The notes: generated by a model not told the origin, from the sequence alone. Counted from the stretch's first letter, positions 17,123 to 26,129 are shown. The stretch is DNA of 54,782 nt from an archaeon (GCA_037443005.1 JBBIPE010000003.1:1-54782), one strand, 5' to 3'. Translations and numbers: made by a program.

Positions 17123-17614
17123 TTAATTTATTTTCTTTAAAACAAGAACAAGATTCTCATTTGCAAACTCTTCGGATATTACATTCTGTTTTTTGTCTCT
17201 TCTTAATATCTTAAGATAAAGCTTATCACCGTTCTTTGCCCTTATTTCTATAGAATTCTGCATACGGTTTATATTTATATCGCTCTTGTTTTTTACGCCG
17301 GGCAGACTTATCGCATGCACTATAGTATTCCCGTGTTTGGATATTAAATCCTGCGGCTCTATTATCTCCTTTGCCGTAAAATCCGGCTTCGCATAGCTTT
17401 CCCTCTTTGGCTTTTCAGCATAATCCTGGAATATAGAGCCGTTAAGAGCGCCGTTTAAAACCTGTGGGATTATCTCCTGCACCATTTTTGTAACATCTAT
17501 ATTTATACCGCTTACGTTTATTCCCTGAGATTTAAGCGGCCTTCCGCACTGAGGACAGAAGCTCCACGCTCTCTCTATAGGAAAACCACAGAATTGACAA
17601 ACCTTTCGTTGCAT
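17123..17614 (-). CDS. zinc-ribbon / Hsp20 (alpha-crystallin-like) fusion protein
   Basis: The N-terminus is CQFCGFPIERAWSFCPQCG. The C-terminus ISLPGVKNKSDININRMQNSIEIRAKNG resembles the ACD core. Confidence 0.55.
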   Translation of the reverse strand: MQRKVCQFCGFPIERAWSFCPQCGRPLKSQGINVSGINIDVTKMVQEIIPQVLNGALNGSIFQDYAEKPKRESYAKPDFTAKEIIEPQDLISKHGNTIVHAISLPGVKNKSDININRMQNSIEIRAKNGDKLYLKILRRDKKQNVISEEFANENLVLVLKKIN

Positions 17615-17696
17615 AAACCAATATTTAAGTTATCCAATATATAATTTTCTATGTTGCTAGGAAAGGGTTATATTTACAGGAAATCTAATAAAATAT

Positions 17697-17918
17697 ATGA
17701 TAAAATCGCTGTTTTTAATAGGAGTTATCATATTATTAATCGGAGTGATAGACTTCTTAGGAATAACAATAAAGATAATAAGTGCTTACGTAAGCAAGAT
17801 ATTCTCTTATATACCGCTGCCACAGCAGTATTCCGCAATAATATTTATAGTCGTAGGTTTCATAATCATGGGACTTAGTTTTTATCCTAAGATGGGGAAA
17901 TACTACAAATATTATTAA
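17697..17918 (+). CDS. small membrane protein
   Basis: Two hydrophobic spans are present. It is preferred over the overlapping 17651-17878 frame, which is basic and of low complexity. Confidence 0.35.
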   Translation: MIKSLFLIGVIILLIGVIDFLGITIKIISAYVSKIFSYIPLPQQYSAIIFIVVGFIIMGLSFYPKMGKYYKYY

Positions 17919-18106
17919 AAATTTAATAAAAAATAACAAATATCGAGATAAATACACAGAAGAAATTTATATCTCATTAGCAAATGCCTGTCTTATTATT
18001 CTTACAATTATATCTATATCCTAAAAGTGATAGCAGAGATCTATTGATTGATATAAAAGCTTGACTATATCATAAAATATCTCAAAGAAAACAAATACTT
18101 TATTTC

Positions 18107-18502
18107 CTATCTGTAGCTTGTCTGTTTAAGTGATCTTGCGGAGCTTCTGTATGGTTTCTGTGCTTCAGCCTGTCTTTTGTCATCTACGAGCATAGCCCTG
18201 TCATACTCAAGGAACTTTTTCCTCAGCCCTTTCTCTTTTTTTACAAGACATTTCGCTATTGCGGATCTAACGGCCTGTGCTCTTGCATTGTACCCTCCGC
18301 CATGTATGTCTATTATTATATCATATTTAAGATAAGAATTATCAGATAGCTCTAAAGGCTCGGATGCTATCTGCCTGAAAAGCCTGTCGTTGAAAGAATC
18401 TAAAGACTTCCTGTTTATGAATACTTTGCCCTTGCCTTCCTTTATCATCGCGTTTACTATTGCGGTCTTTCTTTTTGCAACAACAGCTGTATTCTTCTTC
18501 AT
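18107..18502 (-). CDS. rps9: ribosomal protein S9 (uS9)
   Basis: HGGGYNARAQAVRSAIAKCL...SARSLKQTSYR C-terminus. Confidence 0.92.
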   Translation of the reverse strand: MKKNTAVVAKRKTAIVNAMIKEGKGKVFINRKSLDSFNDRLFRQIASEPLELSDNSYLKYDIIIDIHGGGYNARAQAVRSAIAKCLVKKEKGLRKKFLEYDRAMLVDDKRQAEAQKPYRSSARSLKQTSYR

Positions 18503-18912
18503 ATTCTCCTCTCTTTGAGTATATTTGCAAGCTCTCCTATTTTAATCTTATGTATAGGCCTGTCTATTCTGACTTTTGCTATTTCAATCATATCTTTCCC
18601 TTTCATTTCCTCAGGAAGGCCCTCAAAAACCTTTATTTTTCCAAATGCTTCCCTGCCATGATATCTCTTGTTTTTTATCATTCCTCTAACTGCCCTTCTT
18701 ACTATCCCTTTGGTATCTCTTGGAAAGAAAGGACCTTTTGACATAGTTCCTATCCTTCTTCTTTCAAGGTATTTGTGCAGTATGCTGCTCTTGTTTCCAA
18801 TTATAACTATATCATCAGCGTTTACTATATCTACATCCTCACCTTCCAAAGCTGATTTTGCAGCAAAAGTCGCAAGTCTTCCAAGAACAGAGTCTTTTCC
18901 GTCAATTATCAT
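18499..18912 (-). CDS. rpl13: ribosomal protein L13 (uL13)
   Basis: IDGKDSVLGRLATFAAKSALEG; it overlaps rps9 by 4 nt. Confidence 0.92.
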   Translation of the reverse strand: MIIDGKDSVLGRLATFAAKSALEGEDVDIVNADDIVIIGNKSSILHKYLERRRIGTMSKGPFFPRDTKGIVRRAVRGMIKNKRYHGREAFGKIKVFEGLPEEMKGKDMIEIAKVRIDRPIHKIKIGELANILKERRI

Positions 18913-19144
18913 CTTTAAATAGAAAACATCTCTAAATTTAAAACTATCGTTATTATATTTATTCAGCAGCTTGCTTATGCTATTTTATTATTCCGTTGCC
19001 AGCTTCTATTAAATCAGGTTTATTCCAACCTTTTTAGGATATTCTTATACTATGAATAATACAGTAAACTACCAATATTTCTTAATTGTGAAAAACTAAC
19101 GGCAGAAATACACGGCTGACTATATCTTGTCCAATTCTATTCAT

Positions 19145-19564
19145 TCAATTTTCTCTAAAAAACGAGTAAACAAACAGCAGCCCAATCAATATAATAAAAG
19201 CTAGATCAACGTAAAGGTTAATTGGTTTATAGTAGTTGCTTAGGTTATAGTAATGGCCTATGCTTATAAGAAAATTTGCTTCGTCGGTTATAAGCCCCGC
19301 CCCAAATCCGAAAATAAATCCCAAAATATTCATGAATTTCCTGTTTTTATGGATATAATCATTAAATGAGAAGAAGACCATCCCGCTTACAAGCACTATT
19401 ATTATACCAAGAAAAATATGATGAAATGTTATGCCATCGTACCCAAGGCTTAGATTTCCACCCAAGTAAACATACAACCTCGCGAGAAGTATTGCGGAGA
19501 CTGCACCGAGCAGTACATAAAACCCCGTATTCCGGAAGAGCTTATCCTTTTTATTCTTGTGCAT
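19145..19564 (-). CDS. membrane protein
   Basis: Four predicted hydrophobic spans. Confidence 0.5.
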   Translation of the reverse strand: MHKNKKDKLFRNTGFYVLLGAVSAILLARLYVYLGGNLSLGYDGITFHHIFLGIIIVLVSGMVFFSFNDYIHKNRKFMNILGFIFGFGAGLITDEANFLISIGHYYNLSNYYKPINLYVDLAFIILIGLLFVYSFFREN

Positions 19565-19605
19565 AAATTATTATAAATATTACAGATGCTGCTTATAAAG
19601 GATAT

Positions 19606-19677
19606 GGGCCGGTGGTCTAATGGCATGACATCACGTTCGCATCGTGAAGGCTCCGAGTTCAAATCTCGGCCGGTCCA
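19606..19677 (+). tRNA. tRNA-Ala (anticodon CGC)
   Basis: Acceptor GGGCCGG/CCGGTCC carries the G3:U70 identity pair. The anticodon arm is TCACG-TTCGCAT-CGTGA. Confidence 0.9.
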
Positions 19678-19694
19678 TAGATTCTAAATCAGTG

Positions 19695-20708
19695 TTATAT
19701 GAACACTCTTTTATGGTTGCCTTTTCCCCAGATTATGCGATTTGTCGTCAAAAGCGAAGCAAATGAAACCAGTATTATGGAGAACGTTGAGATGATAGCA
19801 AAGTTTGCTCTACCAAACATTATCAGATAGCGGGATATCACGCTTATAATAAGGATGTCGAAGCCGACAACACCGAGAATAAACGCATTAAATTTACCGA
19901 AACGGTATGCAGAACTAAGAAAACCCTTGTTCCTGAAATTGAATTTTTCATTCACTATAAAATTTGAAAGGCCGCTGATCTCTCCTCCTATAAGGACTGC
20001 AATAGGATAAAAGAAGCCAAGGCTTAAACTTGTGTAAACCATCATTATATTCACCATATACGAAAGTGAGGATATAAGGCTGTAGTTTATAGAAGTCTTG
20101 TTGAAGCTTTTTATTATTGATTCCGCCATCTCAGATATGTTTATTTTCTTTTTGTCCTTTCCACGATCCTTCATTATCACCTCGGTGGTGTTTATTCCAT
20201 GAGAATTAAGCACGTTTATTGATTCAACAAGAAAGGATTTGCTGTTAAGTTTTGTGTTTGCTAGAAGACTGGCTGCTTCCTTTGTAAGTATTCTGTTAAA
20301 TGAAAATTTATTGTAGACATTACCAAATGACAGTACGTTTGAAATCTCCGTCACGAGCATTTCCCTGAAGTTTCTCCTGCTGCTTTCTATAAGATTTCCG
20401 CCATTTATATAATCCAGGAACCATACCGCGTTGTCCTCTGTATAATTTTCAAATGTAACGACTTTTTCAGATCCCATATTAAGAGCAGCAGAGAGCCCTA
20501 CTCTAAAGCTACTACCGAAATTTTTGCCGCCAGAAAACCTAACTATAAGCAGATTAGACCATTTCTCTTCCTCTTTTTCAGTTGAATCCAAAATAACAAG
20601 GGATCCTTTGGGTGCAATATCATTAAGCTTAGAAAGAAAGGCAATTCTCTGGTTGCTTCTTTGACCATTAAAGGATGGCAAAAGAAAAGCTATGCTCGGA
20701 CTATTCAT
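19695..20708 (-). CDS. GT2-like domain fused to a GtrA-like membrane domain
   Basis: The N-terminus (IAFLLPSFNG, LVILDST, KNFGSSFRVGLSAAL) follows the GT2 pattern, but the DxD position reads TFENYTED. The C-terminus has four TM spans. Confidence 0.45.
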   Translation of the reverse strand: MNSPSIAFLLPSFNGQRSNQRIAFLSKLNDIAPKGSLVILDSTEKEEEKWSNLLIVRFSGGKNFGSSFRVGLSAALNMGSEKVVTFENYTEDNAVWFLDYINGGNLIESSRRNFREMLVTEISNVLSFGNVYNKFSFNRILTKEAASLLANTKLNSKSFLVESINVLNSHGINTTEVIMKDRGKDKKKINISEMAESIIKSFNKTSINYSLISSLSYMVNIMMVYTSLSLGFFYPIAVLIGGEISGLSNFIVNEKFNFRNKGFLSSAYRFGKFNAFILGVVGFDILIISVISRYLIMFGRANFAIISTFSIILVSFASLLTTNRIIWGKGNHKRVFI

Positions 20709-20772
20709 TAATAAATAGAATACTATCAGATATTAAAGCTTAACTTCTACCTTTTAAGGGTAACCAAGAATA

Positions 20773-21765
20773 TCAATCACTTGTAAATTTTACAATAATT
20801 CCACCAAAATTTACCAGCTGAGCAAGTGAATCGTCATTTTCATCAAAAAGTGCTATGCTGCAGCCGGCTAAATCCAATTTTTCCATTGTTTCTCTGTTTT
20901 TAAGGATATAATCTTTGGAAACTATTGCCTGGATTGGCTGATTTACCACAAGAGATTCTTTTATGTGTTCATCGCCGTAGATATATCTAGGATCATTTCT
21001 TGATATACCTGATAAATACTCCTCCATTAGACTACGCTGGACAGACAGTCTTGCTTTTGAAAGCGCAGAATTGATGCTGTCCTTTGAGAGCAGTTCCCTG
21101 AGGCCTGTATCCGCATATGATATTGTTTCGTATTCCACATTTATTCCGTTCAGGTACTCTCTCCGTAATTCCTCATTTTCTATTGCTTTGCCGGCTACTA
21201 TAAAAACGGAATACTTTTTTTTGTATTCCTTCTGAAGCAGCCCAGAAAGATTGGAAAGAAAAACTTTCCTGCTCTCGTTATTGAATCTTTTCCCGCTGAC
21301 ATTTTTTCTTAATTCCATTTTTTTCTTTATTCTATAATCAGACATACTGTAGAATATTGCATAGCCCATTTCATATACACAGATAAATACCTTCGGAGCC
21401 GATTCCACAGTTTGCCGTAGTATCTTCACTTGAAAATTCATCATCTTTTGCTTTTTCAAAACGAACCCAGTCCCGATTTTTAGTGTTATAGTGTGGTATT
21501 TATGCAGCGGCACGTTTTCATCCGAGGAATAAACTATTCTGCCAGAAACATTCAGAGAGGTTTCATCTAGGTCTACTTTATCTATTTCCAGCCCTATCTT
21601 GATGGTTTTTACCTCCTGAGATTTTCCAATAGTTATCTTTCTGTGCGAATAGGCGATTATCTCATCCTCTTTATCCAAAATATATTGTAGAGATATGAGA
21701 TCGCTGTAAGACTTTACTATGGCTTTTATTATCCCTTTCCTCACATTTAATTTTACAAGTCTCAT
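20773..21765 (-). CDS. pelota / Dom34 mRNA surveillance protein
   Basis: The length and eRF1-like domain layout fit, and the N-terminal MRLVKLNVRKGIIKAIVKSYSDL is typical of archaeal pelota. Confidence 0.85.
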   Translation of the reverse strand: MRLVKLNVRKGIIKAIVKSYSDLISLQYILDKEDEIIAYSHRKITIGKSQEVKTIKIGLEIDKVDLDETSLNVSGRIVYSSDENVPLHKYHTITLKIGTGFVLKKQKMMNFQVKILRQTVESAPKVFICVYEMGYAIFYSMSDYRIKKKMELRKNVSGKRFNNESRKVFLSNLSGLLQKEYKKKYSVFIVAGKAIENEELRREYLNGINVEYETISYADTGLRELLSKDSINSALSKARLSVQRSLMEEYLSGISRNDPRYIYGDEHIKESLVVNQPIQAIVSKDYILKNRETMEKLDLAGCSIALFDENDDSLAQLVNFGGIIVKFTSD

Positions 21766-22871
21766 ATGGCCATATAAAGCGTGTATGTCAGACCGATTAC
21801 CATTACTATGGCAGTGAAGAAAATCGCCACATTCCCGCCAGGAACAAGATATTTTATCTTTTTAACACCACGTCTCTTCCTCTCCAGGTATACCGCAAAG
21901 AGAACCATTATTGCCAGTAATGATATGAAAATTCCACCGGTTATATTAAGTACTTTCTCAAAGCCCAGATCAAACAATGCAATGACAAAAGGAACTGCAA
22001 CGGATAAAAACATGCTCACTTTCCTAGAAATATGAAAATCATAGGTAAATGAGTCGGCAAGCACAAGACCTAATGCAATATATGGTGTAAGCAGAATGAA
22101 AAGGGTTGTTATTGAAAAAATCGCTTCATAATATAAGGAATGTATCCCGTCTGTTGCAACAGCGGATACAGAAGGGCCGAAAGCTCCTATAAACGCAAAA
22201 GTGAACAGAATATAGATTAATATAGCTATAATATATGAGACTATTATCACGCTTGTAAGTTTTTTTATGTCTCCTAGCTCCTGTTTAACCTCTGGTATAA
22301 CAGTGTAGCCTGTCAGGGAGAAAAGGATTATACCAAATGGGCTGAAAATATTTGTTAGATTCAGGGCATAAAGATTTGTCACTCTTATAAGATTAAAAAC
22401 AGAAAGCGATGCAACAACTACCAATGCAATCTTTATGAACAGCATCGGGGTTTCGGCATCTTCTACAAACTTGTATCCCTTGTATATTAACGGCAAGGTA
22501 AGAAGGAAAATCAAAGTCAATGCAATAGTATAAGGTATATGGAAAAGGAAAACTAGGACTATTGATATCCCTGTAAGATAAGCTATCTGCGCACCGTATA
22601 TCGTCAGTACCTGGAACAGCAGTATTAAAAACCTAGTTTTTTTGCTTGTGTAATGACTTATCATTATGGGAAGCTGATGAAGTTTCTTGAAATGGCTGGA
22701 TAGTTCGCCTGTGTACATTGTAATAAGTATAGAGGCTATGCCCAGGATAACAAGCAAAACTATGCCCTCAAAAAAACCGCTTTTCTCCACTGCATAGGGA
22801 AGCGCAAGTATCCCGCCACCCATTATTGTGCCTACGGTTGTACTCAGTGCAGCAAGATACCTAATATTCAT
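21762..22871 (-). CDS. amino-acid permease (APC-superfamily-like)
   Basis: About 11 TM spans, with the N-terminal motif TVGTIMGGGILALPYA. Confidence 0.7.
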   Translation of the reverse strand: MNIRYLAALSTTVGTIMGGGILALPYAVEKSGFFEGIVLLVILGIASILITMYTGELSSHFKKLHQLPIMISHYTSKKTRFLILLFQVLTIYGAQIAYLTGISIVLVFLFHIPYTIALTLIFLLTLPLIYKGYKFVEDAETPMLFIKIALVVVASLSVFNLIRVTNLYALNLTNIFSPFGIILFSLTGYTVIPEVKQELGDIKKLTSVIIVSYIIAILIYILFTFAFIGAFGPSVSAVATDGIHSLYYEAIFSITTLFILLTPYIALGLVLADSFTYDFHISRKVSMFLSVAVPFVIALFDLGFEKVLNITGGIFISLLAIMVLFAVYLERKRRGVKKIKYLVPGGNVAIFFTAIVMVIGLTYTLYMAI

Positions 22872-22952
22872 ATATTAAATAAATGCGCTTTGCTAATAAA
22901 AGTGGTGTTTATGTATAATTTATTAATATACCGCATCTATATTATCTATACT

Positions 22953-23025
22953 GCTCTCGTAGTCTAGCGGCCAAGGACAGTGGCCTCTCGAGTCACTGAC
23001 CCGGGTTCAAATCCCGGCGGGAGCA
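22953..23025 (+). tRNA. tRNA-Glu (anticodon CTC)
   Basis: Acceptor GCTCTCG/CGGGAGC, anticodon arm GTGGC-CTCTCGA-GTCAC, T arm CCGGG-TTCAAAT-CCCGG. Confidence 0.9.
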
Positions 23026-23033
23026 TTTTAAAT

Positions 23034-23258
23034 TTTGGTATATAATGTCTCTTTCTTAAACGGACTCTTATCCCCAAAACCCCAAAGTAAAGCCCAATCC
23101 ATACCTAAATCATAGCCTAAACCTGCAGAGGTAATCTGGGAGTCATTTGGGAGTAGAGTGGGAGTAAAGTGGGATTCATTGGGGGTAAAACTCACTAATT
23201 AGGCAGCTGGGAAAAAGGGAAAAACTCGGGAAATCGGGATCGGCTTAAAAGTTTAAAG
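23034..23258 (+). repeat. copy B of the ~210-bp conserved non-coding module, starting ~8 nt after tRNA-Glu
   Basis: It has the same ordered blocks as copies A and C. GGGAGT-type units start at 23138, 23149, 23160, 23171 and 23181. Confidence 0.75.
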
Positions 23259-23277
23259 AATATTTAAATAAAAAAAT

Positions 23278-23964
23278 ATGAGTTTAGTTATGGAAAGCGA
23301 AAAGCAAAAATATCGCCAGATGTTAGGTTTCTTTTCTGAGTGGATAACCACAAGATATTTCTTGTACAACAGGAACTTTGTTGTATCCTTTAATCATCAC
23401 TATATAAAACGTTGGGATGGTGCAGAAAAATTTAGAAAAACGCTAAAAAACTTACTGAATTTAATCAGAAAATCTGAACTTTTTCATGAATATTACCAAG
23501 ATATAATTGAAAAAAACGATGAATTTGAAGCATTTGATTTATTTGCACAATTAAATGTAATAGAGTTTCTAAGGGTTGAAAATAAGAACATCATAATAAG
23601 CGAAATAAAGAGCAAATATTACTTTGACAAAACCAGTTATTACGTACAACCTACAAAAATTCAAATTAAAAAACTGATAGAACTGTCCAAAATCGGCATC
23701 GATACTTCAATTATTTTGGTTATAATGATGGAAAAACCTAAATTCTTAGAGATACCTTTTACAAAATTTAGAATCCCATTAAACTTAGAAGAAAAAGCTG
23801 ATGATAAAATAAAATTAAGGATACCACCCGAGTATAGAAGACTGTCATTATTTAAGGAAATCGAACCTGAGGTTTATTATCCTTTCAATTGGTCGTCATT
23901 AGAGGAACTTATAGGACAAATTATTAAATTTAAAAATCCTGATTTTAATAAAGGGATATCGTAA
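23278..23964 (+). CDS. hypothetical protein with Hjc-like PD-(D/E)xK nuclease core
   Basis: FDLFAQ...IIISEIKSK...QIKKLIELSKIGIDTSIILVIM follows the D...E-x-K plus helix plus beta layout of archaeal Holliday-junction resolvases. Confidence 0.4.
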   Translation: MSLVMESEKQKYRQMLGFFSEWITTRYFLYNRNFVVSFNHHYIKRWDGAEKFRKTLKNLLNLIRKSELFHEYYQDIIEKNDEFEAFDLFAQLNVIEFLRVENKNIIISEIKSKYYFDKTSYYVQPTKIQIKKLIELSKIGIDTSIILVIMMEKPKFLEIPFTKFRIPLNLEEKADDKIKLRIPPEYRRLSLFKEIEPEVYYPFNWSSLEELIGQIIKFKNPDFNKGIS

Positions 23965-24130
23965 ATAGATTGAGATTTAAGAGGCGAAGGATCCGAAAAT
24001 AATGCATTTGATAAGAAACTACCAATATCCAATATGGGCGTAATGAGTGTACACCTAAGAACTAGATAGAGAAAAACTCAAGCGGACTACTTCTATTTCA
24101 TATTAAAGAGCTTTCAATGGTTTATGAATA

Positions 24131-24400
24131 TTGCTGCAATTAAAATACCTATTTTTAACTTTTTATATGGATCTCTCGCCAGATCTAACCATTAAAAGTG
24201 ATGAATACTACGACGCGCTGAAAAAGATGTCGGAATATGGCGTAATAAAAGCCAATAATTACAGGACTATGGTGCCTTTTAGCAAGTTCTGTGTTTACTG
24301 CGCTGACAAGCTGAGAAACATAAAATACTTGCCAATGAAGGATCTAAACCATGACGTTATCCTGCGTTTCAGCAACGTAGATGTCATGAAAAACCGCTAA
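24131..24400 (+). CDS. hypothetical protein
   Basis: An ORF only, with no motif recognised. The true start may be the internal MDLSPDL Met. Confidence 0.3.
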   Translation: MLQLKYLFLTFYMDLSPDLTIKSDEYYDALKKMSEYGVIKANNYRTMVPFSKFCVYCADKLRNIKYLPMKDLNHDVILRFSNVDVMKNR

Positions 24401-24504
24401 AAAGATAGACCCTGAACTGGCGTTTGCAAAACAAAAAAAGGATTATATGACCAGGTTAATATAGACTGTATAAATTCGCCAATAGACAAAAAACTAGAGG
24501 TAGA

Positions 24505-24650
24505 ATGAGAAAGAAAGCTACAAAGACATAACTTTACCGAATGAGACATGGAGAAAACTGACCCAATTTAAGCTTGACAAAGGCAAGAAGAGTATGGAGT
24601 AGGTAATCGAAGAAACCCTTTCGATTTACAATGCCACTAGAAAGACTTAA
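24505..24650 (+). pseudogene. decayed ribbon-helix-helix (VapB/DUF217-like) antitoxin gene
   Basis: MRKKATK is followed by a frameshift, then DITLPNETWRKLTQFKLDKGKKSME, an in-frame TAG, and VIEETLSIYNATRKT*. Confidence 0.35.
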
Positions 24651-25059
24651 AATAGAGCTCCAAATACTGTAAAGGCATTGTCGATTGCTGACGAAAGCTG
24701 GATCTCAGAGAAGGAAAAGGAATCTGAGGGTATACTTAAAGGGTGGAATTAACTATATCCATAAACTTCGGCTCGCTGTGTGCTTTCGCCCTAAGATTCA
24801 AGATTATTCTCTAGCTTTGTCTGAAAGTTTTAGCACATTCTGGATCATTTCTGATGACAACAGGTATGTCTTTTATATCCGACTCTATAATCTAATATGT
24901 TATTTTTAAGGATAGGTATATCACGGATGGTATCATAGGTTTAGGAAAATAATAAGAAAGCGGCCTGGCCCAGGTACCATTACCGAAAGCAAGGATAACG
25001 CCTCTATTTATTTTATCTAACATGGAATAATATTAATGTAAACTTGTTTAAATTTGATT

Positions 25060-25719
25060 TTAGGCGAGTGTACTTCCTCTAATTTTACTATTCTGCTTCT
25101 TAATGGCCATTAAGGATAGAGGGTATGCGATTATTATTATGAAATCAAAAAAGTATGATATATATGGAATTAGGCTCATTACTAACAGTATCAGGGAAAG
25201 AATAAAAAACAGTAAAAAGAGATACCACCAGTTTCCATTCGATATGCCCCAGCTTCTTTTTATTGCTTCTATTGGAGATTTATTCTCTGTGACTGAAGAA
25301 ACAGGGGCAAGCAAAAGCTTAAATGATAGGTATATTCCAGGGATTACGAAAGCTATAAGCCCTAAGGAAACTATCGCTCCGACGAGCAATGAAGTAACAA
25401 TAAAGTAAGGAAATCTTTTTGCTGCCTTTTTGACAGTTGATATAACATCCGTCTTCTTTTTGTATATCCTTATGAATGCGATGCTGGTTATAAACCCCGT
25501 CAAAAGGAAAAAGATTACAAGGTAAACAATAAGTTCTGTTATTTCTGTAAATGTAAAACTCACTTTTGAAATAATGGAAGGGGAAAAATTAAACGAATCC
25601 ACTAAAAGCCCCAAGAAAAAAGAGAGTGCAGTGTAGATTATAGCTAACGCAAGCACAAAATAATCTGAAAAAAGTAAGGTAAAATCCTGCTTTATCACAG
25701 AAATAACGTCAAATGCCAT
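25060..25719 (-). CDS. membrane protein
   Basis: Five to six hydrophobic spans. Confidence 0.55.
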   Translation of the reverse strand: MAFDVISVIKQDFTLLFSDYFVLALAIIYTALSFFLGLLVDSFNFSPSIISKVSFTFTEITELIVYLVIFFLLTGFITSIAFIRIYKKKTDVISTVKKAAKRFPYFIVTSLLVGAIVSLGLIAFVIPGIYLSFKLLLAPVSSVTENKSPIEAIKRSWGISNGNWWYLFLLFFILSLILLVMSLIPYISYFFDFIIIIAYPLSLMAIKKQNSKIRGSTLA

Positions 25720-25785
25720 TTTAATTTATAAATTCTGTAAATAAATAAACTACAAAGATAAATAAACCGAGAAACTAATAGTAGA

Positions 25786-26127
25786 ATGGAAGACCTATTG
25801 CACATGATATACGGAACGCATCCAAAAAGCAGAAAACTTTATGATGACGCCGAAAAGATAATAAATTTTATAAGAGAGAGGGGGGAAGTGAATAGGAATG
25901 ACTTGGCAAATATGCTTGGTATAGACCTGAATTCGCAGAATGGAAAAAAGCATTTTTATAATCTTATATCTCCAATGTTCAACATAATATTGATATCTGA
26001 AAGACGCGGAAAATCCGTATATTACAGGCTTTCATATGATTTGTTCAGAGTTTACATTGACGGGATAAGAAGAAAGGCCAAGTATTACCTGCTTAAAAAC
26101 GTAGAAAACGAAAAAGAAGAAGATTAG
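25786..26127 (+). CDS. winged-helix DNA-binding protein
   Basis: INFIRERGEVNRNDLANMLGI...GKSVYYRLS (HTH plus wing). Confidence 0.5.
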   Translation: MEDLLHMIYGTHPKSRKLYDDAEKIINFIRERGEVNRNDLANMLGIDLNSQNGKKHFYNLISPMFNIILISERRGKSVYYRLSYDLFRVYIDGIRRKAKYYLLKNVENEKEED

Positions 26128-26129
26128 CA

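Noticed and set aside
17651-17878. 75-aa ORF overlapping the small membrane-protein ORF in another frame
   Set aside because: It has a K/R/N-rich low-complexity product. The alternative frame (17697-17918) encodes two clean hydrophobic helices.
23068-23195. Telomere-like CCCCAAAACCCCAAAG block and G3-N8 tracts as a G-quadruplex or i-motif element
   Set aside because: The C4A4 block is absent from copy A, and the downstream GGGAAAAAGGG... tract is not conserved between copies. Loop lengths of 8 nt are marginal. I kept this only as a comment and not as a finding.
23026-23258. Possibility that the tRNA-linked module is a split SSV-type integrase fragment, int(N) or int(C)
   Set aside because: A minus-strand frame is open across copy B (LVSFTPNESHFTPTLLPNDSQ...), but the same frame hits a stop in copy C (…STPK*). 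It is shifted by the unit differences, and no frame is open in all three copies.
24685-24909. 74-aa plus-strand ORF in the decay zone
   Set aside because: It starts at a non-ATG codon in the track, has an arbitrary basic composition and no ribosome-binding site, and lies among broken frames.
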